A DNA stretch of 64,000 nt from the NCBI GenBank assembly GCA_951406725.2, contig OX597819.1:83328001-83392000 (forward strand), written 5' to 3'. Both the position numbers and the translations under genes were made by a program. Positions 12,674 through 26,095 of the stretch are shown one piece after another (the stretch's first letter is position 1; every line of letters begins with the position of its first letter). The stretch is from Octopus vulgaris (lineage: Eukaryota). Below the pieces are notes generated by a model that searched no databases, was not told the DNA's origin, and saw only the letters and a list, made by a program, of their open reading frames with translations.

Positions 12674-12804
12674 ATCCTCACACTACTAATAATGCTAATA
12701 CAGCCAGCAGTCGGCAATTATGTTCACAAGTGAACAAGGTTTGAATTAAGGAATATATTCTTAAATGTTCGCTTACACTGCATATTAAATTACGAAAATT
12801 TGAA

Positions 12805-12975
12805 GGCGCAGGAGTGGTTGTGTGGTAAGTAGCTTGCTAACCAACCACATGGTTCCGGGTTCAGTCCCACTGCGTGGCACCTTGGGCAAGTGTCTTCTGC
12901 TCTAGCCCTGGGCCGACCAATGCCTTGTGAGTGGATTTGGTAGACGGAAACTGAAAGAAGCCTGTCGTATATATG

Positions 12976-13010
<35 letters not shown>

Positions 13011-13225
13011 GTGTGTGTGTGTTTGTGTGTCTGTGTTTGTTCCCCAAGCATTGCTTGACAACCGATGCTGGTGTGTTTACGTCCCCGTCACTTAGCGGTT
13101 CGGCAAAAGAGACCGATAGAATAAGTACTGGGCTTACAAAGAATAAGTCCCGGGGGTCGATTTGCTCGACTAAAGGCGGTGCTCCAGCATGGCCGCAGTC
13201 AAATGACTGAAACAAGTAAAAGAGA
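12805..13225 (+). mobile_element. tRNA-derived CORE-like SINE family B
   Basis: Head ggcgcaggagtggttgtgtggtaag..gggttcagtcc, CORE-like accttgggcaagtg, internal (TA/TG)n, tail ggcggtgctccagcatggccgcagtcaaatgactgaaacaag. Confidence 0.85.
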
Positions 13226-13729
13226 GTAACTCTCTTCATTACATGCATCAATTTTGGATTAAATAAAAAAAAAAAAAAGAACCGGTCGACAATATTATTT
13301 AGGTCAATATATTACAATTATAGTAAAGTAATTTCCACAGCTTCTACATCTTTAATACGAAGTCAACAAGTAAAAGGCTAACAAACTGTGTATGTATGTA
13401 TGTGGGCGTGTGTGCACGTTTCTATGACCCCCCCCCCTCCTCCCTAATAGTCAATACTTCAGCGGTTTTAAAAACCTTACAAAATTCTGCACCGATTTCT
13501 TCGGCTTCATGCCATAGAATGCTTCATTTTATAGAAGGGTTCATTGAAGTAGCTCGTATGAACTATACCAAATGTATTTATCATCTTGATGTTTTTTGTT
13601 TACCCTGTTTCTATTTGTGGTGCTAAAACTTTTCAAAATGTAGGTTAAAAAACTCTTCATGTAATAACTGTTTTCCTATCGGCGTATATTTTACTTGAGA
13701 ATTATTCTTATATAAATAACTCATGCACG

Positions 13730-13781
<52 letters not shown>

Positions 13782-13813
13782 TACATACATACATACATAC
13801 ATACATACATACA

Positions 13814-13844
<31 letters not shown>

Positions 13845-14006
13845 GCGCAGGAGTCGTTGTGTGGTAAGTAGCTTGTTTACCAACTACATGGTTCCGGGTT
13901 CAGTCCCACTGCGTGGCACCTTGGGCAAGTGTCTTCTACTATAGCCTCGAGCCGACCAAAGCCTTGTGAGTGGATTTGGTAGACGGAAACTGAAAGAAGC
14001 CCGTCG

Positions 14007-14038
<32 letters not shown>

Positions 14039-14265
14039 TATGTGTGTTTGTGTATCTGTGTTTGTCCCCCTAGCATTGCTTGACAACCGATGCTGGTGTG
14101 TTTATGCCCCCGTTACTTAGCGGTTCGGCAAAAGAGACCGACGGGATAAGTACTGGGCTTACAAAAGAATAAGTCCCAGGGTTGAGTTGCTCGATTAAAG
14201 GCGGTGCTCCAGCATGGCCGCAGTCAAATGACTGAAACAAGTAAAAGAGTAAAAGTGTAAAGAGA
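13845..14265 (+). mobile_element. SINE family B
   Basis: Near-identical to 12805-13225. Confidence 0.85.
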
Positions 14266-14704
14266 GTATACATACATACATACATACATACATACATACA
14301 TACATACATACATACATACATACATACATACATACATACATACGTACATACATGCATACATACATTATACTAAATGCAGGTGTAGCTGTATGGTAAGAAG
14401 TTTGCTTCCCAACCACATGGTTCTGGGTTCAGTACCATACCACTGCGTGGCATAGAGGGGATAACAAAGGACCTAGATGATTGGCGATTTGCTATACTTG
14501 AGATGTCCTATCCACCTACGTAAAATCGAGGTCATAAAGGCATCTCTATGCTCCTACACACAATCTGTCCCTGAACAACCTCTCGGCCACAATCCATCTT
14601 CCTAACACCTCCCCCACCCTGAGTTCACCATTCGCTGTATTCCCTTCCCTTCTATTTCCCTATCTATCTTCGCACCCTCGCAAACCTACCTGTACACGAT
14701 GTTA

Positions 14705-14930
14705 AGTCATGCCAACTCACAAGGGCCGGTTTCCCGGTTTCATGGCATATAAACTCCCCAGCTGGACGGGACGCCAGTCCATCGCAGCGTTACTCATTTT
14801 TGTCAGCTACGTGGACTGGAGCAACGTGAAATGAAGTGTTTTGCTAAGAACACAACGCGTTGCCCGGTCCAGGAATCGAAGCCACAACCTTACGGTCATG
14901 AGTCCAACACCCTAACCACTAAGCCACGTA
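14705..14930 (-). mobile_element. tRNA-derived SINE family D (CORE/V-like body)
   Basis: Reverse complement has an A box (cgtggcttagtggttagg), a B box (ttcgattcc) and gcgatggactggcgtcccgtccag. Confidence 0.7.
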
Positions 14931-15653
14931 CTTTCACCTGCACACGATGCGCTCCTTTCCTGCAAGATAACCCCCAAACACCTCCTCCGTCTATTCGAAT
15001 TTAGTCACTACTTCGTCTCCTCTTCACCTCCCACTCTCCCTTCGCAATATCGTGAACTTACCCTCCCACAATCGTTTGATTCTACTTCACTTATGTACCC
15101 CCGCACTCACACACACAAACCCACTGTAGTTTGAATGTACTCTCAGCCCGGATGAAAATTTGATCAAAAGTGAAACATCTGACGTAATCCCACTTTCTGT
15201 TATAGTTAACAATGGGGAGGAAACAATGTATAATAGAATAATTACTGACATGGGAAGTTCTGCTAACTAAAGTGTTGTTTTACCCAGAAATTACAATGAA
15301 CAGAAGTGCAAATTATATTGGCCACAATTTTTAGATTCCCTGCTGCACTCAGCCTTGCATAAAAAAAACATATAAGCTATGAAAAACATAAGAAGCCTAG
15401 TGTGGACAATTTTCTTACATACTGGGTTTGACTAACATATCACTTATATATATATATATATATATATATTCAAGTTAAAAACTGCTAGATGCTATTAGAG
15501 TTTGTTACAAAGATTGCATCAAACGCCAGCTGAAAAAATAGAGATATATTTTAAAAACATGGGTGTGGTGGATGCAGATTTGTTAGCCTGACCTATGAAT
15601 TATTCGCGCGCGAGTACGTTGCTGTGTATGTGAGTGTGAGTTTGAATATGTGT

Positions 15654-15723
<70 letters not shown>

Positions 15724-15746
15724 ATATTTATATATATTTACATATA

Positions 15747-15789
<43 letters not shown>

Positions 15790-15908
15790 CAGCCGAAATT
15801 GCGAGGGTGACCCGGTTCTTGACTGAAGATTAGAGGCTTCGAATGACCTGTCCGTGTTTTTTGTATCGTCTATTTGAATGTTTTGCGTTCTTGTCCCATT
15901 TTGTATTT

Positions 15909-16340
<432 letters not shown>

Positions 16341-16344
16341 ATAC

Positions 16345-16394
<50 letters not shown>

Positions 16395-16620
16395 TAGATA
16401 TATATATATATATATATATATATGAGAAGAACAAATTGGAATAAGCAAGATAAGAAGCGACACATTGGGACAGAGTCACTGATAAGATCACAGAATGTGT
16501 AACGAAAGAACTTCGACAGACATAAACTAAAAGCAATATGAATAAAAACTAGAGTGAAGATGAAAAATAGTGCTTAATTGGCAAAAAAAATCCCATCAAC
16601 ATGTATAACTTCTATATTTA

Positions 16621-16681
<61 letters not shown>

Positions 16682-16747
16682 AGTTATACTTGTATATATT
16701 TATATATATATTTATATATATATATATAAATATAGAAGTTATACTTG

Positions 16748-16779
<32 letters not shown>

Positions 16780-17556
16780 TATATGAATAGTTATACTTGT
16801 ATATATATATATATAAATATAGAAGTTATACTTGTTGATGGGATTTTATATATATACATACATACATACATACATACATACAAACATATATATATACTTA
16901 TATGCAAATATACACACATGCAACACACATTCTTGTGTTTGTGTGTGGTACGGTTTATGTAGAAACTTTAAAATTGAATAAATAAAAAACATCGTACCTG
17001 CAAAAAGTAGAAATGGCACAACAGAAATTAAATTCATTATTGTATTCATCGTTCAACAATGAAACATTAAGTCTTCTCATAGATAGATACCTTATTTCTG
17101 TTCATACATATAATGACGTATCAGTCTATTCTCTGCAGCTATTGGCTAAGGATAATTGTAGTTTGAGGCAGTTCTGATAAAAAATAACCAATGAAGTTGA
17201 TGTGCAAAAAGGACCATTCCATACGGACATCGTTGTGAAAGAAGTTAAAACTTTGTTTTTGGTTTGGTTTGTGTGTGTGTTTCCTTTTTCTGGCTTGTGA
17301 AGCACAAATCTTAAGTGGTGAACAATCTGGACAATTTTTATCTCATTTAAGTACTTTTTATATTCCAATACATACATACATACATACATACATACATTCA
17401 TACATACATACATAGTATGTATGTATTTTATCAAGTTTATGTATAAATTTTCTTTTTATAAGTTCGTTTCCTTTTTACACAATATTAAGACAAAGGCAAA
17501 AATTTTCTGAAGCAGCACCCTCACTAATTTTAACCACCACTGATACATACATAAAT

Positions 17557-17590
<34 letters not shown>

Positions 17591-17599
17591 ACGGAACTA

Positions 17600-19195
17600 G
17601 TATCACTGGGATATCCAGAAGAGAATAAAATTAATGTCACTCTCACATTTTTTGTTGATGACCTAAGGTTATGTTCTAGCAACATGAACAATATCAAGAG
17701 ACAATTAGAACAAGTTACATTTTCACGCAAAATAGAAATGGAGTTTGGGCAAGATAAATGCTCATACATGAAGGCTTATCAACCAGACAGAGAACTTGTT
17801 TGTCAATGGCTTGTCTATCTCCCCTTCTTCTAATGATAAAATCAATAAGTATCATGGAATCGACGAGAACGTTGCATACCCTGGTGCTGTGACTAAAACC
17901 AAAGAGTACTTCTACAAACTCTGAAAAATATGGAACTCAGAGTTGTCTGCACTTAACAAGAGCATATCTCACAATGCCAGTGCTAGTATCAACATTTGGG
18001 ATATTGGACTAGACTCTTGACGAGATTTGCAGCCTGGATATCAAAATTAGAAAGATACTGACCACCACAAACAACTTCCACACCAACAATGTCACCGAAA
18101 GGGTCTATGTGAGACGAAGAGAAGGCAGCAGATATACAAGTCCAGTTCAAACTGCTTTTGAATCTTGTATTGTATCTCTCCGACCATGTTTGAATTCACG
18201 ATGCCAGCGTTTTACATGAGAACATTACATGCAACATGCATACTCATAAGTTACTTTCATTTCATCAACATCTTCAGGGTTGGGGAAATACTGAAAACCA
18301 GATCATTGCTCGACACTCAACAAGCTCCATTTCACACTTGACTCAGTTCAAACACCTGTAAATCAGAAACCCCAATTAGTTCAGAGCTGTAATTTGCCAC
18401 CTACTCTATAGAGATATAAGTAATAGCACACGCACAATTTCAGCTAGATCAAACAACCATCGAAAGTACGAGTAGCTTCTTGTATCGTGTTAGATACATT
18501 ACATTCCACTTAGAAGGATATGCCTTCGCTATCCACGAACAGGAGATACCTGATAAACAAGGAAGACAGAAACACCACCACACGTCCACGTTGTGATAGA
18601 AAGTGTTGGCTGTGCTATAGCAGTGTGGAAGATATCACCCACATTATAAGCAGCTGTCCAAAAACGTCTACGAGACACTATCTACTCCTGAAGCATGATC
18701 TGGTTGCAAAGACTTTTTACAATGCTATCCGCAGGACGGACTCTCTTGATTGATATACCAAAGGCACGTCAGAACCAGAATGTATTCACACCTTTAGGTA
18801 CAAGAGATGCTGGTGGAATACTTCAATAAAAACAGCAATTAAGTGCAAACACCCAATTATTATTCTGATATTGTTCTGTTGGACACGGGACAAAAGTCAG
18901 CACTTTTGTAGAGGTCTGCTTCCCAGCGGATATGAATGTTCCGTCAAAAGTTCAGGAGAAGAGAACATTCTTGGTGAATTAATACGGAACTTGCAGCTCT
19001 TGTACTCTGGCTATAGATTTTCATTTGTACCTATCATTATAGGTGCATTAGGCAATTTATCTAAAGATTTACACAAAAACCTAGAAATAGAAATTTTTCG
19101 AAGAACGAGCAAAAGAAACATGCGCCTTCTCCAAATTCAATCTATAAGCGACATAATGAAGATTTGTAAGGCAATCCAAAGATCCTCTATCTGAG
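17600..19195 (+). mobile_element. R4/Dong-clade LINE remnant (RT, CCHC knuckle, RLE)
   Basis: FVDDL..EMEFGQDKC; KY.GIDEN..KIWNSELSALNK; CWLCYSSVEDITHIISSCP..HYL..KHD; FSFVPIIIGALG; many stops and frameshifts. Confidence 0.8.
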
Positions 19196-19662
19196 ATTCT
19201 TTAGATAAATATAGGTATACACACTTGGTTGTATGCATCAACAGTTCAATGAACACACCACCTCAACCACATATTTACATATTGATTATGTAAAGATTTC
19301 AAGTTACTCCCCACCCCATTTCAAACTACTTCCCGGTAATGTGAAATCGATTTCAGATTACCGGTGAGGTAACCTGAAACCGATCTCAAATTACATCCCC
19401 CACCTCGCTGTTCACATTGCTAAAATAATAAATTCTAAGACTAACAACTCCTGATATTTTTATTACATTATACACGGATTACATTTAAGATTGTAAACTA
19501 ATCTTAAAATATGAAAATAAGACAAAATATTAGATTTTTTAAAACACTTTTATGATGCGCTGATAAAATCATGTCGAATATCAGAGATTTTGTGTTTGCA
19601 ATTGTTTTTAAATAAAAACTTTTTTTGCTTTTGTTAATGAGAAAGTGATTTGGATTAGAGTA

Positions 19663-19706
<44 letters not shown>

Positions 19707-20271
19707 CAAGCAAAACGCCACTCGTCCAAGGGACGGTGCTGTGTTGTCAAACATTTAAACCAAATTTTCTCAAAACAACTTGTCCGACCGTTCCATGGGC
19801 CTCCCCTTTGAGAAACACTGATTTAACACTGATTCGAGACACCAGCAAAAGAAGAAATAAAGATAGACTTTTTTTCTATTCCAAAGAAAAACGATTTTAT
19901 TCACACAAATGTGCAACCCAGGAGTTTAAAGAACCAGTAATGATAAGGCTGCTGACTGGGAAAACACAAACATTGTTTAAACAGCAAGCTTGGCATGCAT
20001 TTTGCGCAAACTGCACGTGCATATTTCTTGCGTACGCGTAGTATCGATCGCAACAGCTGATGTACTTGCGCGTACAAATGCACGTTTCCACGGCTTTATC
20101 GATCGCTTTCTCACCTAGAATCGATTTTTGTAATTTTTTCAAGATTTATACACGCCCTGATACCGTCGGTATCTACATATCATATTTGAGCGCAATCGGA
20201 TGGAGGATGCCCGAGATCCTAGAAGGCACACACAGACAGACAGACAGACAGAACGGATTTTATATAAGAGA
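19707..20271 (-). mobile_element. Non-autonomous Helitron-like element
   Basis: A|TCtcttatataaaa start, (tgtc)n near the 5' end, subterminal hairpin cgtcc-ctt-ggacg and CTTG|T end. Confidence 0.65.
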
Positions 20272-20509
20272 TGTAGCAGATTGATGTTGTATATAGTGGA
20301 CTGAGTTTAGTTGACAGAATATATCGATAAGAGATTGACTTGAAGAACGATATGTTTTACATAGAAACCAAAATTTATTTATACATTTTAAATTGGTAAT
20401 GAAATGTATTTATATACATTAAAACATCACTGCGGTTTCTTTTTTTCCAATTTGGAGCTCAGGTATCTTGATTTTCGTAATTTACTTTTCGTTTTTTACT
20501 TGCTAGTGG

Positions 20510-21460
20510 TTGCTCAATATATCGAGTGAGGTTGGTAACCTTTACTTTCTTTTCAACTACTTTATTGTTATTTGACAGTCGATAGGTATTTTTGCCACAA
20601 ACTTCTACAACAGTGGAAGAACCTGTGCAGCGTTCCATAAAAGTCTTCCCTTTCTGTTCTCTCGAATTAGGCTTTTGAGTAGAACTTTATTTTCAATACT
20701 GAGCTGTTGTTGCTCATGTTTACTATCGTATTGTTCTCTTTGAACAGACTGAGCTATTCAAATATTGGAGGCTACTCAAGAAATCATACTGACCCAAATA
20801 GCTGTCATAACTTCAATTTTCTGGATATAGATTGACCATTTCCAAAACTGTCCTTATCTTTGGCAGATGGGTTGTGCTGTAGTTCAACTGGAAGTGTAGC
20901 TTGCCTGCTGTATAAAATTTGAAATGGGGTAAAATGTGTTGAAGAATGTTTGGTTGTTTGGTACGCAAACAGAACTGCTGGTAAGCATTCAACCCAGTTG
21001 CCACGATCCTCAAAGGAATTGATAAAAGCATATTTTATAGTGCGATTCTGTCGCTCCACGAGGCCACTCGCTTGAAGGTGATAAGCACTTGTTATGTGCT
21101 GCTGTGTTGCTGTCAGTTTATGTAGTTCTGCAGACACTCTGTTTACAAATTCTCTTCCTTGGTCATTTATCAGAATTTTTATACAGCCATGCCGACAAAT
21201 AACATCCTCAAAGAGACACTTTACCACAGTTTTCGCTGTGTGATCTTTCAGAGGTCGAACCTCAAGCCATTTGGAAAAGTAATCCATTGCAACAACAATG
21301 CAACAATAACTATCATCTGTTTTGGGCGAATTGGTGATATTGACACCAATTTGTGCCATCATTTCATTTGGGACAGGAACAGGATGAAGCTCTCCAACAT
21401 TAATTTTGTGAACAGGGCTCACCTTTTGACACCGAACTCTTTCATGCACACGTAGACTCA
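20510..21460 (-). mobile_element. Gypsy-type/Ginger1-like integrase remnant
   Basis: CQK..ELHPVPVP...IGVNI..DYFSKWLE..CRHG...INDQGREFVN...TSAYH.QASGLVERQN...TPF..LY.R...LP, followed by a decayed GPY/F-like module. The first catalytic D appears as N. Confidence 0.85.
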
Positions 21461-21486
21461 CACACTTACACATAGAACCGACTACA

Positions 21487-21525
<39 letters not shown>

Positions 21526-21729
21526 TCACATGCACAACACACATGCAAGAAAGCATACTCACAATCACACGTGCAAACATGCACTCCCTGATAGAACCAA
21601 CTACATCATACAAACATACATCCACACACATTCACCAGAACGCACATGCGCAAGTACACACAAGAACAAGCAAAATCACACACATGCATTCTTCCTTTCT
21701 CTCGGTATTAAGTACAAGTAAAGCAGACA

Positions 21730-21975
21730 TACTTTGGGCAATTTATTTATTGCTTTCAAAAACTTTTCAAGGACGATATTTTCTTTATTCTGGTGTTATT
21801 TTCCGTTTACACGCTCCTTGTTAAGGTTCCATCATAAAAATATTTTCGTCTATTCCTAAGTACTTTTAACATTCACCATTGGATATTGGGGATAAAATGG
21901 CCATTGATTGTAATGTTATTGGATGGTCATGTAGTCCTCTTTTGTTTTGCGACTATGTATGAACATTTATCCTGA
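21730..21975 (-). mobile_element. R4/Dong RT fragment
   Basis: Reverse complement encodes KYLGIDENI...NKERV..TRIKKI, homologous to 17845-17975. Confidence 0.55.
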
Positions 21976-21990
21976 TCACTCTCCACATGA

Positions 21991-22028
<38 letters not shown>

Positions 22029-22080
22029 ATGTATGTATGTATGTATGTATGTATGTATGTATGTATGTATGTATGTATGT

Positions 22081-22630
22081 CAGGTCACTTTCAAGTGCTA
22101 CTGGTAACATGTAACCCAGTACAACCTGTTGCATGGTCGGGTCGTCGGCGACTAAACCGGAAACCCCACCAAGCTTGCTTGGTGAGGAGGGTGTTTATTG
22201 GACACCCTGCGGGATGAAAAACAAAACCCGTCAAAGGGCGGAGGAACTCTTGAGAGTCAACGGTCATCCAATAAATGTCTTAAGGCTGTATCATGCGCGG
22301 GGACATAGAAATAATCGGACTGAATACCCGATCGCGCGGTTAAACCATTGGGAGTGAAGGACTCCTAGCCTTTGTTAGGGCATCCTTCTAGGAGAATGTA
22401 GCTCAGGTAACTGGGATAACTCCGACATAAAACCTGCGACTCAGTGGTTACCGATGATGTTGACTTGTTCTTCTTTTCGAATTATGGCTGCTGTTGCTTA
22501 GTGAGTGGGATTGACTCAGTGCACAGCCTTTCCTCACTTTTAAAAAAAAATCTTCTTGCACAGGCATTGCACGATAACAACATCGATTAAGCTTCGTGCA
22601 ATGGCCATACTCGATAACGAGGGGGCAGCC
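22081..22630 (+). mobile_element. Structured retroelement (RTE-like) 5' leader without ORF
   Basis: GC-rich multi-hairpin segment homologous to 7423-7930, flanked by (TATG)n. Confidence 0.6.
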
Positions 22631-22804
22631 ACTATGTATGTATGTATGCATGCACGTTTCTACGTATGTATCTCTGAATATTCTTATTTCTTCAAGAGTG
22701 GGTCAGCGCACATCGCAATTTGTTCTTCTCGTCCTCGATGACATAACGTACGCTTATCGTTGAAAAATCAGAGTCTGCGGTAGCCGTCTCGGAAAATATC
22801 CCTT

Positions 22805-23160
22805 TATATAGTTGCTGGCGATATGCGTATCTCTGATCACGAGCAGAAGTAATGGGGGAGCATCATAGCCATGTTGAGAGGAATTATTTGGGGTTTGGAT
22901 AATTCACCTTTGGAAACACGGGTGTTTTGTTCATCATCCTTAAACAACTTTTATTCAGGGAATGGGCTACTCGACCTGAAGAAAATTCTAACAAGGTCAT
23001 GCGTTGTTTATCTTGATATGTGTCGCGCACACATGGTTGTGATGCATGAGCTTGATATACCCTTATCAGACGAGTAGTCGTGATTGATATACTGGGCTTT
23101 GTATATTTTACCCCACTGTCACTTTTATGGCATGCGCTGTTCTCTCACTCAATAATAATA
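22805..23160 (+). repeat. Unclassified dispersed repeat ending in (TAA)n (family E)
   Basis: Reverse complement of 61745-62110 and 62600-62735; ends gcatgcgctgttctctcactcaataataat. Confidence 0.7.
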
Positions 23161-23167
23161 ATGATAA

Positions 23168-23168
<1 letters not shown>

Positions 23169-23198
<30 letters not shown>

Positions 23199-23227
23199 AA
23201 GAAGAAGAAGAAGAAGAAGAAGAAGAA
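23169..23227. repeat. (AAG)n microsatellite
   Basis: Direct observation. Confidence 0.95.
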
Positions 23228-23239
23228 TGATAATTTCAA

Positions 23240-23435
23240 TTTTTTTGCCACAAGGGCAGCTTTGGAGAGGGAATTAAGTCGATTACATCAACTCCAGTGC
23301 GTAACTGGTACTTATTTCATCAACCCCGAAAGGACGAAAGGCAAAGTCGACCTCGGCGGAATTCGAACTCAGAACGTAAAGACGGACGAAATGCTGCTAA
23401 ACATTTTGACCGATGTGCTAACGATTCTGCTCGCA
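23240..23435 (-). mobile_element. SINE family A
   Basis: aaaggcaaagtcgacctcggcggaattcgaactcag core and B box. Confidence 0.8.
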
Positions 23436-23551
23436 TGATAACAATAAAAACCACAAAGTCCCTCAATGCAATATACATACGTTAAAAATGCCATATGTAT
23501 AAGGGTTATAATCTAGAGCACTTATAGCTTAATTCGAATAAATATACTGTT

Positions 23552-23610
23552 ACAGACAGACAGGCAGACAGGCAGACAGGCAGACAGGCAGACAGGCAGA
23601 CAGGCAGACA

Positions 23611-23667
<57 letters not shown>

Positions 23668-23780
23668 ACAGACAGATAGACAGACGGACAGACGGACTGG
23701 CGGACGGACGGACGGACGGACGGACGGACGGACAGACGGACGGACAGACGGACGACAGACAGACGGATGGACGGAGAGAC
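23552..23780. repeat. Compound (GACA)/(GGCA)/(GGAC) microsatellite
   Basis: Direct observation. Confidence 0.9.
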
Positions 23781-23807
23781 AGACTGAGACATACACATAC
23801 ACACGAA

Positions 23808-23952
23808 GGCGCAAATGTGGCTGTGTGGTAAGAAATTTGTTTGTTTTTTTTCTTCCAGTCACATGGTTCCTGTGACTTCTGCTATATCTTCGGGCCTTGT
23901 GAGTGGATTCACAAGAGTGAAACTGAAGAAAGCCTGTCACATGTGTGCGTGC

Positions 23953-23985
<33 letters not shown>

Positions 23986-24180
23986 GAATAGGGGTGGGTA
24001 TCTTGTGTTTGTCCCCGCTTCAGAAATGGTGTGGTTCATTCATGCCTGCGTAACTTAACGGTTCAACATCACAGACCGATGGAATAGATTACGGCTTAAG
24101 AAAAAAATAAGTACTGGAGTTCGTTCATTCGAATAAAATTCTTTAAGGTGTTGCCCCAGCATGACGCTTTCTAACAGAAA
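23808..24180 (+). mobile_element. SINE family B, decayed
   Basis: ggcgcaaatgtggctgtgtggtaag...gccttgtgagtggatt...aaggtgttgccccagcatg. Confidence 0.7.
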
Positions 24181-25089
24181 TTACCAAAAGAATGAAAATA
24201 CGTGTGTCTGTGTGTGTATGTGCGTATGCATCCGGAAATATTGTCGAAGGGAAACAAATGCGTAAAGCAAATATTGAGAGTTCTCTCCCATTTGTTTACA
24301 GATTTGATCCAAAAATATGTGGAAGCTTGGGTTCGTATCTTTTACCTTAACTTCCAATTCAGCCATAACTTTATGATTGAATTTCGTTAACTCATAGTCT
24401 GCCGAAGCCTATCATATTCATACACACTTCAACGCTGCGGACGAGGAAACCGAATAGCAATCCGCGCTGACTCAGATTTAAATATATAAACATAGACCGA
24501 CGCTACAGCAAACTTTCAATCGTCGAAATTCCACAATGAAGTTATTGCTGAATTCGAAGTTAAGGTAGAAGCAAATAGCTAAAGTCCGCAGACGGTGGGA
24601 TCGAATCTGTGATTTGTTGGAAAGCAAATGTCTTAACTACACATTCATCACTACGGCTTCAAATGACAATTTAAGGGAGAGAACTCTTCCTATTCATGTT
24701 CAATATTCCTATTCATGCACACACGCACACATAAATGTGTGTGTACTCTATCTTTTTTCTCCCCTATCATTACAACCACTCGCGTTTGAGCGTGAGTGAG
24801 TGTGCGCGCACGTGTGTGTGTGTAATCTCTTCAAAATACACACGCTTGATTACCTTCCTCTCACTTATTCCTCCTTTTTTCCTGCTGCTTACCATTCGTT
24901 GCCCATTCCATCTTGGGCTTTATCCTCCACTTAAATTACATTTCTCGCCCACTCCAGACAACATAAACTCCACTCACTCTTTCATCCTGTCTCACCCGAT
25001 GCCACTATACCCACACCTCTCCCCCCTCATCCTCATTCCCATCCTTCCTAAACACTATTTCCTCCTGCCTCCTCCCAGCCTATCACCAC

Positions 25090-26095
25090 CCCTCCCCACC
25101 TAACTCACCTTCACCACGCTCCAGTCTGTTGTTTTTCATTCCTCCTGATCTTCCTCCCCCCACTCTTTGAAGCAGAGTGCTCTTTTCTTAGTAAGAGTCT
25201 GCTCTTCATCTCTCTCACTACATCCAGTAACAAGTTTCAGACCTGTGCTGATATCCAACACTTTATGCACCGCGTCAGGCTACAAGCGCTATTCCACAAC
25301 ACTCTACCTGCATCTAATGAAGAAAACTGCTTCACCAGCCTGGGTCGCCGACCATCTTACTGGATGCCAGCTTCTGGCTAGTTCCAAGCAGTTGATCAAT
25401 TTGCAAGCATCTGCCAATGTGTTGTTGACCAGTTCAAATTTTGCAAGAGTTCCTGACATTTCAACATTACCCTGGCTGAACTCTCGACCCTTCACTGTCT
25501 CTGATGCCGCAACAAAGGTGGAACTGTAGTGGTGTGGCATACAGACCTTTACAGGGTTGAAGCTCTCCGTCAACTTCAAGACACCTATTTCCCTCTGCCC
25601 TCCAACCTAATGCCTAACTACCAACCGACTGTGTCCTCCACCATTCACGACCTCATTTCCTCCTCCCGTCTTCCTCCCACTGCCTCCAACCTCATTGTCC
25701 GTACCCACCTCCACTATTTACTTCCCAAAATTCACAAGCCCAACAAGCCTGACCACCCCATCGTCTCCACCTGCAACTGCCACACTGAAATGATCTTGAT
25801 CATGGTCCTACCTCTCTAGTGGTTTCCCTACCCACATACATTCACAACACCAATCATGTTCTCTATCTGTTTCTTTCTCCTTCCCTTCTGGCCCCTCTCA
25901 ACTTCTGTTCATTCTTGACATTAAATCTTTGTATACGGTAATCCCACACAACAAAAGCCTTTTTGCACTTAAACACTTCCTTGACCTTCGGTCAGACCTT
26001 CAACCTGACACCTTCACACTTCTTCGTTTGACCAAACTTGTCCTCTCCCGCAACTCCTCGTTCACGAGTGAGTTTTACCAAAAGAAACTCAATGG
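25090..26095 (+). mobile_element. Penelope-like element RT remnant
   Basis: KGGTVVVWHTDLY..EALRQL; YLLPKIHKPNKP..PIVS.CNC.TE; DIKSLYTVIPH...ALKHFL...LLRL..LVL. Confidence 0.85.

Noticed and set aside
12790-13251. Recurrent ORFs such as QSFDCGHAGAPP..DTCPRCHAVGLNPEP and RKDERQSRPRRNLNS
   Set aside because: They are antisense translations of SINE families A and B.
15145-15180. ggatga...gaaac hammerhead-like motif
   Set aside because: The core is mutated and stem II is weak; too degenerate to call.
22081-22210. Assignment of the structured leader to twister or HDV-like ribozymes
   Set aside because: GAGGAGGG and CTAA motifs are present, but the required stems and pseudoknots could not be threaded; left unassigned.
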